DNA from: Amoeboradix gromovi X-113
Taxonomy: Eukaryota > Fungi > Sanchytriomycota
Reading direction: 5' to 3'
Length of the DNA stretch: 32,000 nucleotides
NCBI GenBank assembly: GCA_018985225.1
Contig: JADGIF010000024.1
Span: forward strand, 1-32,000
In this document: positions 1 through 10,200 of the stretch, one piece after another
How positions within the stretch are numbered: the stretch's first letter is position 1
How the letters are laid out: every line of letters begins with the position of its first letter
Notes under the pieces: generated by a model
What the model was told of the DNA's origin: nothing
What the model saw: the letters and a program-made list of their open reading frames with translations, nothing else
Database searches by the model: none
Program-made: the position numbers and the translations under genes

Positions 1-269
1 AATAGATAAGAGTAATGATGTTAGTATAAAATTACAAAATGGCTCTAGAAAAGAGTACCGTCTAAGAAAATGCACCTTTTGCTTAGATGCTCAAAGACCT
101 CATATATTTGAACGAGATGCAGGGTCTTCTAGTTTTATTATGAAGAGGGGATTGAAAGTAATGAGAGAATATTGGTATAATAGAAGATCTTTTATTAATG
201 ATAGCATTTCCTCCGTATGGTCCACCTTCTTTAAAAACGAGTTAGTCTAGTTTTTATATTTGGTGTCCC
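1..269 (+). mobile_element. TIR element copy 1 (right end); TIR at 240-269
   Basis: Ends AGTTAGTCTAGTTTTTATATTTGGTGTCCC, which is 28/30 identical to the TIR at 22741-22770. Nt ~65-269 align with the copies at 2337, 17740 and 22423. Confidence 0.85.
2..250 (+). CDS. 3'-terminal fragment of a TnpB/Fanzor-like RNA-guided nuclease (5'-truncated by window edge)
   Basis: The frame is open from nt 2 to TAG at 248-250: IDKSNDVSIKLQNGSRKEYRLRKCTFCLDAQRPHIFERDAGSSSFIMKRGLKVMREYWYNRRSFINDSISSVWSTFFKNELV*. CxxC followed by ERDxxSSxxIxxRGL resembles the TnpB/Fanzor zinc ribbon plus RuvC-III motif (CxxC...[DNH]RDxNAAxNI..RG). The stop lies inside the element's TIR. Confidence 0.6.
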   Translation: MDKSNDVSIKLQNGSRKEYRLRKCTFCLDAQRPHIFERDAGSSSFIMKRGLKVMREYWYNRRSFINDSISSVWSTFFKNELV

Positions 270-473
270 AATTGATAATCTGATCAAAAAGAATATTATT
301 TTCAAGATAATTGCAACGTAATCGCCGAGTATTTTGACAAAGCTAGTTTATTTTCATTCATTTTTTAATAGCTGGTGTTAATCTAATCCCTACAACTAGC
401 TTAAAATGATGGAAGTCTTCACTTGCTTTTCATTCTTTTTCAATTACGTCGATATTTGAAACTTCAAGTAAAC

Positions 474-830
474 ATGAATTGTACAAAAGAATTGGATCAG
501 TTGATGCAGGGACATGAAGAGTGTTTAATTGACCATTTGAAGAACTCCCAAGTGCAAGCCCAAGATGGAGTAGCATTTTCTCGTCAGTTGTTAATGGATA
601 GAATGGATCACCTGGATGGATTAATGAAAAAGCAACTGCTAGTTTTAGATAAGCTGTCTGAAGATCACATCCAATTTCAATCGGAAACCAAAGAACTAGT
701 AGAATCTTTGACAGCTAAAACTAGTCATATCCTATCTATTGCAACTGACAGATACCATCAATGCATTGACAAATTCGCTTCGGAAATGAATGTCATCATC
801 GAAAAGACCCAAAAACAACTGGAAGAATAA
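474..830 (+). CDS. hypothetical helical/coiled-coil protein
   Basis: The ORF track gives 423-830; the first in-frame ATG is at 474. Composition is heptad-like (L/E/K/Q-rich) and AATAAA follows the stop. No family recognised; the start is uncertain. Confidence 0.5.
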   Translation: MNCTKELDQLMQGHEECLIDHLKNSQVQAQDGVAFSRQLLMDRMDHLDGLMKKQLLVLDKLSEDHIQFQSETKELVESLTAKTSHILSIATDRYHQCIDKFASEMNVIIEKTQKQLEE

Positions 831-845
831 CAATAAATTTAATAA

Positions 846-2142
846 TTAAAAGGAATTTATTTTTTGTCTAATATTTACAAAAATCGGATGCAGATTAGCT
901 CTGAATGTTGAAAGTTCTGTCATCGTTTTTGAAGTGTCTTGTTTTAAGTGTAACTCGTTTTTGGCGTCATTAATTACTGCCGACAATTTTTCATCTAAAA
1001 TCATCTTGACCAACATTACTTTCAATTGATCTAAATCCACATGAATCTTATCAACAATGATCTGAAATGGAATTACAACAGAGTTGAAAGCCTCACATGT
1101 TGTTATTATGGTTTGGAAACGTATTTCTTCCAGCACATTATCAATGTAGCCCTTAATAAAAGGATCTGATAAAAATGTGTTTTCTCCCTCTATATTAGTG
1201 AAAAATACGCTTGAGAATCATTTGAAATGTTTCGATATCTTCTGTTTGGTAAGCAGACATTAAAGCTGTTAGCCCTTCAATTTCTTCGTTGGTCTTGTAA
1301 GGTTTAGTCTCGGGACTCTCAAATGGGTTGATTTTGGAACTGCTGAGAATGTTACACAGCACAAGATATTTTAAAACTCTGATGCGCTCATACGCACCAG
1401 CTTCATCATAATTCTTAAAGGATTCAAAGAATTCTCTTCTAGCTCCGTCAAAGTCTTGTTGCTGACAATACATCTTCCCACCACATTCTCTTATTATTCC
1501 AGTTATCTTAGGATGTGGAATAGCAGACCTTATAGTCAATGTTCTAGTATAAAGTTCCTTCAATTTTCGATTATTATTAGTTTCCGAGTAGTATTGAATC
1601 TCCAAAGCTGCAATCTCTAAAGCTTGGGTGGCTTGAGATTCAGAGGATTCGCTTAATGCTTGCTGTAGCTGCTTAAATATCTTTGGTAATGGTTTAAAGT
1701 TGTGCTGCTGCAAATAAAAAGACGCTAATTTGACCTGTACTTTGCTCCAAATACGAGTGTTGCTGTGATCTTTGAGATGGTTCGAGATGTCTAATAGTAA
1801 ATCAACAGAAGATTCACACGTAGAATGCTGGCACGTGAAGTCTATCAGATTGTTGATTGATTTTTCAAAGTAATATGGCAACAATTTGGCAGAGAAATCC
1901 AATATGATCTTCAATTGGGGTTTAGCATCCTTCTTGAGCAGCAAAAGACACTTGTATATCTGTTTCTTAGCTTTAAATTCATACTCCCCGTCGCCAATTT
2001 CTTTAAAGCTTTGTATCGCTTGTAGAGGATCTGTTTCCTTCAAAGACTTAGCGAAATAGTACTTATTCTCTACCTCTGCGTTTTCGTCAGTCTCACTTCC
2101 AAAGTCACCATCACTGCCAAATCCAAAATCATCTTCATCCAT
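846..2142 (-). CDS. CSN2: COP9 signalosome subunit 2, join(1209..2142, 846..1189), 425 aa
   Basis: Motifs ENKYYFAK, LEIAALEIQYY, AIPHPKITGIIRECGGKM, FFESFKNYDEAG and INPFESPETKPYK. Removing a 19-nt intron joins the two track ORFs via ...LK-Q-GENTFLSDPFIKGYIDNVLEEIR into the PCI domain. Confidence 0.95.
1190..1208 (-). other. 19-nt spliceosomal intron in CSN2 (GTATTTTTCACTAATATAG)
   Basis: GT..AG with a CTAAT branch motif and an in-frame TAA. Removal restores the frame and the conserved DPFI motif. Confidence 0.85.
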
Positions 2143-2336
2143 TGTCTCAGGGATTCTAATTTATTTTTTAGACAAACACACTTGATATGCGCTACCCATT
2201 AAAATTCCTGGTTTCCTAGAACACCAAGAAATTTCAAAGAAAAAAAAGATAAAGCAGTGGATCCATTACAATGGTTATTCACGGTTCCACCACACTGAGG
2301 CGAAATTGAGCAGTGATGCATATATTTCCAATGTAT

Positions 2337-2530
2337 GGGAAACCAAATATAAGACTAGACTAAGTCGTTTTTAAAGTAGGTGCTCCATACGGAGGAAATA
2401 CTATTATTAATAAAAGTTTTTTTTCTTTCATAATGCCATTCCCCTCTTTAAAATAAAACAAGATGACCCACTATCTCTTTCAAATAGTGAAGGTCTTTGA
2501 GTGTCTAAGCAAAAGGTGCATTATCTACTT
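2337..2530 (-). mobile_element. TIR element copy 2 (degenerate right end with Fanzor-like C-terminal remnant)
   Basis: TIR-like GGGAAACCAAATATAAGACTAGACTAAGT at 2337. The minus strand encodes CTFCLDTQRPSLFERDSGSSCFILKRGM with stops and deletions around it. No left TIR found. Confidence 0.8.
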
Positions 2531-2732
2531 CTTTACCACTGTTATCTGTTCCATTTCTTTTTCTTATTAGCACCTTTCGTACAACTTATTTTTGTTTTCT
2601 CTTTTTATTAATCATTGTTTCTAAGATTTTGATGGATGAGAAGCTTTTATACTGAAATAATTTACTCGAAGCAGTCAGATTAATTTAATTTACTATCGGT
2701 TAATACACACCTGAAATAAGCCCCTGTTTTTG

Positions 2733-3734
2733 ATGGTCAAAATTCTTTATGCAACTACTATCCTAGATTGCCATAATTATCTTGAGCACTTCAAGAGCGA
2801 CAAATTTATTAGTCTGGATGTAGAAGGTACCCAAACTGGCAAAATCGAACTTGTTCAAATAGGAAACGCAACAACTGCATTACTAATTCCGGTATGGAAA
2901 TATGGAATACCACTCGGTTTAAATTTGTTGCTACGAAGTATGAATACAGTGAAGCTTGTCTGGGGCGGGAGTGAAAGTAAAGAATTCCAGGAAATTGGCG
3001 GCAAATTGTTTTCTGTGATTGATTGTCAGCAGTTGTCTAGTGCTAATAATGGCAGCAAAGGTCTAGCCAACGCTAGCCTGGAGTTTCTCAATGGTAAACT
3101 AGAGAGATATCGGAAATTGGAAGGTTTCAGTCATACTAAATTCAAGAACTGGGCTACAGACAATCTGCCCAATTTTGCCATCAAGTATGCCGCTTATGAT
3201 GTATTCTCAGTGTATTATATCTTTAAGGTACTGCAAACCGCTCCTTTAGCACGTCCACTATTGGATTCCAATCGTCTCTTTCCAATGATATTAGCAGCAA
3301 ATAATGGTAGAAACTGCATGTCGCTTTTTAAAAGCTCAATGAACATTATAAAAGGTGAGATTAACGAGATTTCTAAACTTATTTTTTGTGCAAAAGCAAT
3401 AATTTCTGTCGCTTTACATTGTGATCAGCTAATATCTTTTAAGAGGCACCCTTCATTTACTCTGACTACTATAACAGATGTATCGGACTGTATTCAATTC
3501 TTAATAAGTACCTGCTTAAAAGTGGAGTCCAATCAAATAGCTAGAGTGTCAGTTGGGAATTATACATGGGGCTTGCAGCCTATTACTATCAAAAAGCATG
3601 TTGAAAATGGTGAGACTGTCAAGATGAAATTGTTAGATCTCCCAATTGACGTTTCTGCGCTAAAATTCGAAAACTGGGATTTTGAACTGTCCGCATTAGC
3701 AATTGGACGTATTCACGCTAGAAAAGATAGTTGA
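2733..3734 (+). CDS. DEDDy 3'-5' exonuclease (WRN/RNase D/EXD-like) with uncharacterised C-terminal extension
   Basis: ExoI motif SLDVEG, followed by LVQIG, IDCQQL, GLANASLEFL and ExoIII NW...KYAAYDV. Confidence 0.8.
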   Translation: MVKILYATTILDCHNYLEHFKSDKFISLDVEGTQTGKIELVQIGNATTALLIPVWKYGIPLGLNLLLRSMNTVKLVWGGSESKEFQEIGGKLFSVIDCQQLSSANNGSKGLANASLEFLNGKLERYRKLEGFSHTKFKNWATDNLPNFAIKYAAYDVFSVYYIFKVLQTAPLARPLLDSNRLFPMILAANNGRNCMSLFKSSMNIIKGEINEISKLIFCAKAIISVALHCDQLISFKRHPSFTLTTITDVSDCIQFLISTCLKVESNQIARVSVGNYTWGLQPITIKKHVENGETVKMKLLDLPIDVSALKFENWDFELSALAIGRIHARKDS

Positions 3735-3745
3735 ATAAAATTTTA

Positions 3746-5791
3746 TTAAACAGAAGCCACTTTGCGCTTTTTGGCGGTAGTTAAGGCGTCATTTGCGCTT
3801 TCCTGTCCACTGAATTGCATTATCAAATGCCTACCATAAAAATGAACTCCATTCATTTTTTGAATTAATTGCTTGGCATCCCCAATGGACTGACATTCAA
3901 CAAAGCAAAAACCACGATGACCTCCGTCATACTTTTTAGGCAATCTCAAAGATCGAATTGTGCAGACAGTTGATAACAAAACATGCAGTTCTTGACGAGT
4001 AGCTTCGAAAGGTACGTTTTTTATCACAATCTTAGTCGATGCTTGTCCAAGGTCAACAGCTTTTCTTTTAGAGCCCAGTTTTTCTGTTTCGCGTTGTGAT
4101 ATTCTTAAAACTAAAGAGTGGCCGTCCAACACTGTATTTGCTAACTTACGAATGCATCCCTCTGCATTGGCATGTGAGTCAAACTCAACAAACCCATATC
4201 CCATAGAAAGTAGTTCACCACTAGGACTTTGCTTAGTTTTCATTAACGCTTTTCTAAAACCTGGCAAATGCTTAAAGAGATTTTCAAAATGCATGCTGCC
4301 CGTGTTGAAATTCAAATTTTTAACAAAGACAGACACACAATTGTTTGATTCCTCAACAGGTGAAATAGGCTTGTCATTATCCTCATCGTTTTTTGGATTA
4401 TCATTGCTATTAGTGCCGACAACAATTGTAGGTGTTTTAGAAACAGGCTTTCCTCGGGTTTTTTTAAATGTAAACTTTGGTGCCCACTCCAAATACAACG
4501 GTAACCCATCAAATGGTTTATAGGAGGATGCTTTGAACGCAATTTTAGCTTCTGTAGGATGTACGTATTCAATTATCGCGACGGAACGGCTAGGTGGCAA
4601 CAAAAGTCTTACAATGTCACCAAATTTTTGGAACCACCCTAAAAACTTTTCCACATTCATAGTCGATGTAAGATTCTTAACTAACAAAATCTTATCGCTT
4701 CGCTCGTCTTTACAGCTAAAGTCGTCATTCTCATTTGCTTCAAAGTTCTTAAAAGCATCTACTGATACGCCGTTCTCTTCAAACCAATTCTTTAATAACG
4801 ATAACTCTTGAACCTCCAACACCCCCATTCTAACAGCTGCACCTTCTTCATGTACGTTCAAAACTTCTGCTTCTGACATGCCTAATGATTTAGCCATATT
4901 AGCGACAACAGATGTTGGATTCAAATACAAAGTATTCCAATTGAATCCTAATTGAGTGATCTTCTTTTTGTCCTGTAGTCTTTTTTCTTTCAAGCTGTAC
5001 GCAACTTCATTTGTAAGTGGAGAATCTCCTGGATAAATAAATATGTTTCTGCCTGAATAAACCAGGGTAGGGACAGAATCGGGCTTGGTTAACTCTTCTT
5101 GTTTAACTCGCTTGTACTTCTTTCTTGATGCCTGTCCACCTAGACAGTACAACTTAACAGCATCTAAACCAAACATAAATTGAATAAATGCTATACCTTT
5201 TGGTGATTTAGTAAGCTTATCAATTGGGACATGAACCTCTGATATGGGCCCAAATTTTTGGAAAAAATCTTTTAAATCAACCTCGGTGCAGTCATACGGA
5301 ATATTTGTAATATACAGTCTAGATGTGTTCATTATTTTGTTAATAACATCGATAGAGTCAGAAGCTAACTGGGATTCATCTTGGCTGGCCTCAATGCCAT
5401 CTGCCAATGTAGTCGTGTTTTGGATATCTGATTGTTCCTCACTCTTCTTTAATTCGTGTGCCGCTCTTTTCGGCATTTCTTCCTCTTTGTTGTCTGTGCT
5501 GCGTTCGTTGTTGATACATTTATCGTCTTTCAATTTTTGCTCTTCAAAAATAGATCTTGCATAGTCAATTTTAACTCTACTTGTGCCCAGATAATAGTTA
5601 TCTAGGGATTGCAATTTCTTTGCGTCTTCTCTGCTTTTTACTCCAACAAATGCACAATGTCTAAATTTCTTGTCTTTGAATAGCAAATGAACATCCGTAA
5701 CAACAATGTCTGCAAACTTTTCGTTAATCAGTTTTATTAGGCCTTCCTTGCTAGTACAATTTATATTTTTGATCAATAATCGAGTTGACAT
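3746..5791 (-). CDS. MRD1: multiple-RRM pre-rRNA processing protein Mrd1/RBM19
   Basis: Five RRMs, with motifs MSTRLLIKN, FNWNTLYL, AAVRMG, PLYLEWAP, LLSMGYGFVEF and IVIKNVPFEA...HFYGRHL. The start is placed at ATG 5791 because the upstream extension is antisense to MIM1. Confidence 0.93.
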   Translation of the reverse strand: MSTRLLIKNINCTSKEGLIKLINEKFADIVVTDVHLLFKDKKFRHCAFVGVKSREDAKKLQSLDNYYLGTSRVKIDYARSIFEEQKLKDDKCINNERSTDNKEEEMPKRAAHELKKSEEQSDIQNTTTLADGIEASQDESQLASDSIDVINKIMNTSRLYITNIPYDCTEVDLKDFFQKFGPISEVHVPIDKLTKSPKGIAFIQFMFGLDAVKLYCLGGQASRKKYKRVKQEELTKPDSVPTLVYSGRNIFIYPGDSPLTNEVAYSLKEKRLQDKKKITQLGFNWNTLYLNPTSVVANMAKSLGMSEAEVLNVHEEGAAVRMGVLEVQELSLLKNWFEENGVSVDAFKNFEANENDDFSCKDERSDKILLVKNLTSTMNVEKFLGWFQKFGDIVRLLLPPSRSVAIIEYVHPTEAKIAFKASSYKPFDGLPLYLEWAPKFTFKKTRGKPVSKTPTIVVGTNSNDNPKNDEDNDKPISPVEESNNCVSVFVKNLNFNTGSMHFENLFKHLPGFRKALMKTKQSPSGELLSMGYGFVEFDSHANAEGCIRKLANTVLDGHSLVLRISQRETEKLGSKRKAVDLGQASTKIVIKNVPFEATRQELHVLLSTVCTIRSLRLPKKYDGGHRGFCFVECQSIGDAKQLIQKMNGVHFYGRHLIMQFSGQESANDALTTAKKRKVASV

Positions 5792-5828
5792 TGAAAAAAA
5801 TCTCCTAAAGTTCTCCTTTGAATTGAGT

Positions 5829-6011
5829 ATGGCACTAAATATCTTGGGAGCATTCCAGTTGTCAGAGCAACAATCGCGATTCTGCAGAAGATATCTGTTA
5901 TATCCTTTCGTATCTGGCATCCTATACGGCATCGGTGAATTGTCAGCAAGATGGTATTTTGGTTCACGATATTTGCTTCCTTTGTACCAGCAAATAAATT
6001 CTCTAAAATGA
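5829..6011 (+). CDS. MIM1: mitochondrial outer-membrane import protein Mim1 (Tom13)-like, 60 aa
   Basis: MALNILGAF...RYLLYPFVSGILYGIGELSARWYFG resembles the Mim1 transmembrane signature LPFxNGMMLGFGELxA. The in-frame ATG at 5829 lies within track ORF 5706-6011. Confidence 0.75.
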   Translation: MALNILGAFQLSEQQSRFCRRYLLYPFVSGILYGIGELSARWYFGSRYLLPLYQQINSLK

Positions 6012-6066
6012 TAACCAAAATCAGTAAATCGCTACTTTCTCAATTCTATTCATTTGCGCTGAAACC

Positions 6067-7179
6067 ATGAAACTTAACTTTGAACTCTTGATTTTTGCAG
6101 CATGCATGGTTGTTGTCCTTCTAATACATGTAAAATTTACAAAATATGAATGGCAGCATCTGATGTTTAAACCTTTACCTTTGTTGTACTGGACAATGGA
6201 TGCACCAAAATTCAATTTTTCAGAAGCTATCCCAACTCTTAATCTTACTGTTCCAGTTGGAATAGTTTATCTGGTATACCCCAAATCGCTATTATCTTGT
6301 TATACTTCAATAGGATTCTTGAAAGCCACGGAAAATGAAAATTATCCAATTGAGATCTGGTATCATTCTGACGAGACTTCGATTGATAAAATTTCGATAT
6401 TCGAAAATGTGAGCGTTAGAAATTTAAAGGATTATAGTGTAAGTGTAGACTCTAAACTCAAAAACAACTATCACTTTAAAAGTGTTGCGATTTTGAATTC
6501 AAATTTTGCTAAGGTGATTTACGTGGATGCTGATGCTCTTGTCTTAGACAATCTTGACGTCTTATTGGAGCTGCATAGCAGTAGTCCAGTAGTAGCTGCT
6601 CAAGATTACTGGTTTACTCCAATTTCCAATCCCATATATTCCTTGTTTAAAGTTTCCACAAAGTACACAAGAGACATGGAAGCTGGATTTTTGATAGTAG
6701 ACAAGAGCAAATTGAGCGTCAAAAAGTCTCTGCAAATGGCTGTCGAAATGAATTTAAATCATGATATATTTTACAAGTATATATGGGGTGACAAGGACAC
6801 TTTTCGTATTGCTTTTGAACAATTCAAGGTTGACATTAGTTGGTCAGATCCTCCTGGTATTGTGTCTTCCGACTTCTATTCCATAAATGGCAATTCCATG
6901 GCGCATTTCTTCAATAATCAATTGCTGGTAATTCACATGACTTTACTAAAAGATTTTCCAACAATTCCCGAAAAACCATTTTCATACATCTGGCAGGACC
7001 ACAATAGTTTCTTTAATTTAGGGACTTTTGGTCATTTTATAAATCCAATTTGTGTCATGCCACTGGATCTCAGTTACAATTTGCTCTTTCATGAGCTTAG
7101 AAAAGAAGCAGTGTACAAGCTAAGGCTACTTGGCTATGACGTAGATCATAGAGTTGGGGATAAATACATAAACTTTTAA
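6067..7179 (+). CDS. alpha-mannosyltransferase, GT71 (Mnn1/Mnn2 family)
   Basis: N-terminal type II TM anchor, YPIEIWY, FKSVAILNSNF, DxD motif YVDAD, DYW, EAGFLIVDK and WGDKDTFRIAF. Confidence 0.85.
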   Translation: MKLNFELLIFAACMVVVLLIHVKFTKYEWQHLMFKPLPLLYWTMDAPKFNFSEAIPTLNLTVPVGIVYLVYPKSLLSCYTSIGFLKATENENYPIEIWYHSDETSIDKISIFENVSVRNLKDYSVSVDSKLKNNYHFKSVAILNSNFAKVIYVDADALVLDNLDVLLELHSSSPVVAAQDYWFTPISNPIYSLFKVSTKYTRDMEAGFLIVDKSKLSVKKSLQMAVEMNLNHDIFYKYIWGDKDTFRIAFEQFKVDISWSDPPGIVSSDFYSINGNSMAHFFNNQLLVIHMTLLKDFPTIPEKPFSYIWQDHNSFFNLGTFGHFINPICVMPLDLSYNLLFHELRKEAVYKLRLLGYDVDHRVGDKYINF

Positions 7180-7205
7180 GAAATAAACAATTTATTTTCA
7201 AAACT

Positions 7206-10200
7206 ATGTCGGACACCAAATCTGATGTCAAAACATTTCAGCGTTTGTCATCGTCCAATTTTGGTTATTTTGCATGCGCCTTATCAGCGATACCGCTTGC
7301 TATATCCTATCCTCGAAATGATATATATTTAGTTCTAGCCGCTGTTGCTTGTGGTTTTGTAGTTTTGTTCATCACCCTGGGTACAACTTGGTCAGTTTCG
7401 TTCAAGAAGGCTTTTTGGTTTAAAAAAGACAAAAATGGTAGCTATTGTTTTATTGAGCCTCATCTACATCGTGGAAAATCTGGAATTGTAACTGTACATT
7501 CTAATTTATTAGAATTTCAAAAAATGAAGTTTTATTTTGACAATGACAAGTTGGTTAGAATTGTTCCACAGCAATCGTTTACTGCTGCTGAGTTGTCCAA
7601 GCAAAGAGGCATTTTAAGTGATCCCGCCCCATTCCTAGTTAAATACGGAGAGAATCACTTTCAAATTCCTGTGCCTTCATTCATGGAATTATTTAAAGAA
7701 CATTTAGTTAAACCATTTTTTCTTTTCCAACTATTCTGTGTTAGTTTATGGATGTTTGACGAGATGTGGTATTATTCGTTGTTCACGCTGTTTATGTTAT
7801 TTGTGTTTGAAGCTACAGTTGTTATGCAACGCCTTAGAACTCTCAACGAATTCCATCAGATGCAGCACCCTGCATTTAACGTGTACTGTTATCGTAAGAG
7901 CAAATGGACTTTAATATCGACTCAGAACTTACTACCTACTGACATAATTAGTATTCCTATTTCTAGAGATGTTAAAGTGGAGCAAGAAGCCAGTATCCGT
8001 AATCCTGTTAAGCAGACTGTAGTTATAGAAACTATGACTCCCTGTGATTGTATCTTATTAAAACATTCTTGTGTCGTGAATGAGGCTATTCTAAGTGGCG
8101 AGTCTACCCCTGTGTTGAAAGAATCTGCATTGCTAAAGAATGACCATGAGGTAATATCTAGTAATACTAAATTGAACATCGTTTATGGAGGCACTAAAGT
8201 GCTTCAAGTTACGAGTCAGGAAGATGTCGACTGTAGCATACCTAACCCACCTGATAACGGTGCTATCGCAATGGTACTACAAACGGGGTTTAATACGACC
8301 CAAGGTGAATTAGTTAGAGTTATGGTGTTTAGCAGCGAGCCTGTAAGTGCTAACTCCTTGGAAGCATTTGCATTTATTGGGTTCTTGTTAATATTTGCAA
8401 TCACTGCTGCTGTGCATGTGTGGAATGTCGGCAGTTTGGATCCTAACCGTGATAAATACAAATTGTTCTTAAACTGCATAATGATTGTTACGTCATGCGT
8501 TCCTCCTGAATTGCCTATGGAGCTATCCTTGGCTGTCAATACATCACTAATGAGCTTATCAAAACTGAGCATATTCAGCACTGAACCATTTAGAATACCT
8601 TTTGCTGGAAGAGTTGATGTTTGCTGTTTTGACAAGACTGGCACTTTGACTCAAGAAGAATTAAAAGTGGTGGGTGTAGTCAACCAAAAGATGATAAGCG
8701 ATCCATTATCACTTGACTCTAATACATTACTGGCATTATGCACTGCTCATTCTCTTGTTATGCTGGCTAATAATAATGAAATAGTTGGTGATTCCATGGA
8801 AAAGGCTGTATACTCGTGGATCAAGTTTACTATGATTAACAATGTGGTCAAGTATAATAACAACTCTATTACCATTATCAAGAGATTTCCATTTAGTAGC
8901 GAATTAGCTAGAATGGGGACTATAAGCCTGCTTGGTGACAAGTCTATTATAAGCGTTAAAGGTGCTCCAGAACGTTTAAAATCCCTATTTGTTGATGCAC
9001 CGGCTAACTACGATGAAATATTAAACACTTACGCTATACAAGGTGGTAGAGTAATAGCAGTTGGATTTAAACAATTAGACAAGCATTATACAAATGCTGA
9101 GCTCAAGAACTTAGACTTGACTGATATAGAACAGGGTTTAACGTTCTGCGGTTTCTTATGTCTTCAATCACCCTTAAAAAATGATGCAGCTGCAACAATC
9201 AAGGAGTTGCATGAGAGCACTCACCATGTAGTTATGATAACTGGTGACAATCCTAACACTGCAATTCATGTTGCTAAACAACTAGACATAGCACCATTAA
9301 ATGTAGTCACAATCACAGCCATAGAGAACAAATTGATTATTCAGAGCGATATAGAGTCAATAGCTAGCATAGATGACATCAATTATTATAAGTTTAACAT
9401 CTGCATGACCGGCAAAGGATTGGAGTACCTTGTAAAGAATGATTTGAAGGCATTGAGCCGCATACTTATACACGTTGTTGTATTTGCCAGAATCAGTCCT
9501 GATCAAAAGGAATATATCATATTACAGTACAAAGAGCTAGGGCTTTACACATTAATGGCAGGGGATGGTAGTAATGACGTAGGAGCATTGAAACAAGCCC
9601 ATGTTGGTATAGCTTTGTTAAACGGGACTGAAGAAGATTTAGATAAGATTCATAGAATGGCAAGGATACAGAGACTACAAAAGGTTTGGGAGAAGCAGAC
9701 TAGCATAGCAAGTAAATTCAATCAACCTGCACCGCCGCCTCCACCTGAACTTCAGAGGTGGTTGGATGCAAACAAACCAGCTGCTGCAACTAAGACTTTG
9801 CCAACTGCTAGCAGTGCACAAGCAACGCAACAGGCTCAAATAGCGCAGATGATGATGGAAATGGAAGACGATACTCCTCAGTTGAAGTTTGGGGATGCGA
9901 GCATTGCAGCACCGTTTACCAGTAAATTGGGCAATACCAACGCAATAAGTCATATAATAAGACAGGGTAGGTGTACTTTGGTAACCACAATACAAATGTA
10001 TAAAATATTAGCTTTAAATTGTCTAATTAGTGCATACAGCATGAGCGTGTTGTATTTGCAGGGCATTAAATGGGGGGATTGGCAAATGACTATTCAAGGT
10101 ATACTGCTAAGTGTTTGCTTCTTGTGTATAAGCAAGGGTAAGCCAATTGAAAAATTAAGCAAAGAAAGGCCGCAAGGAAATATATTTAATTTCTACGTGC

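Noticed and set aside
329-346. GTATTTTGACAAAGCTAG as an 18-nt intron
   Set aside because: The donor fits but the 3' end lacks the YTHATNTAG pattern, and no reading frame supports splicing.
846-1136. Separate 96-aa gene
   Set aside because: It is exon 2 of CSN2.
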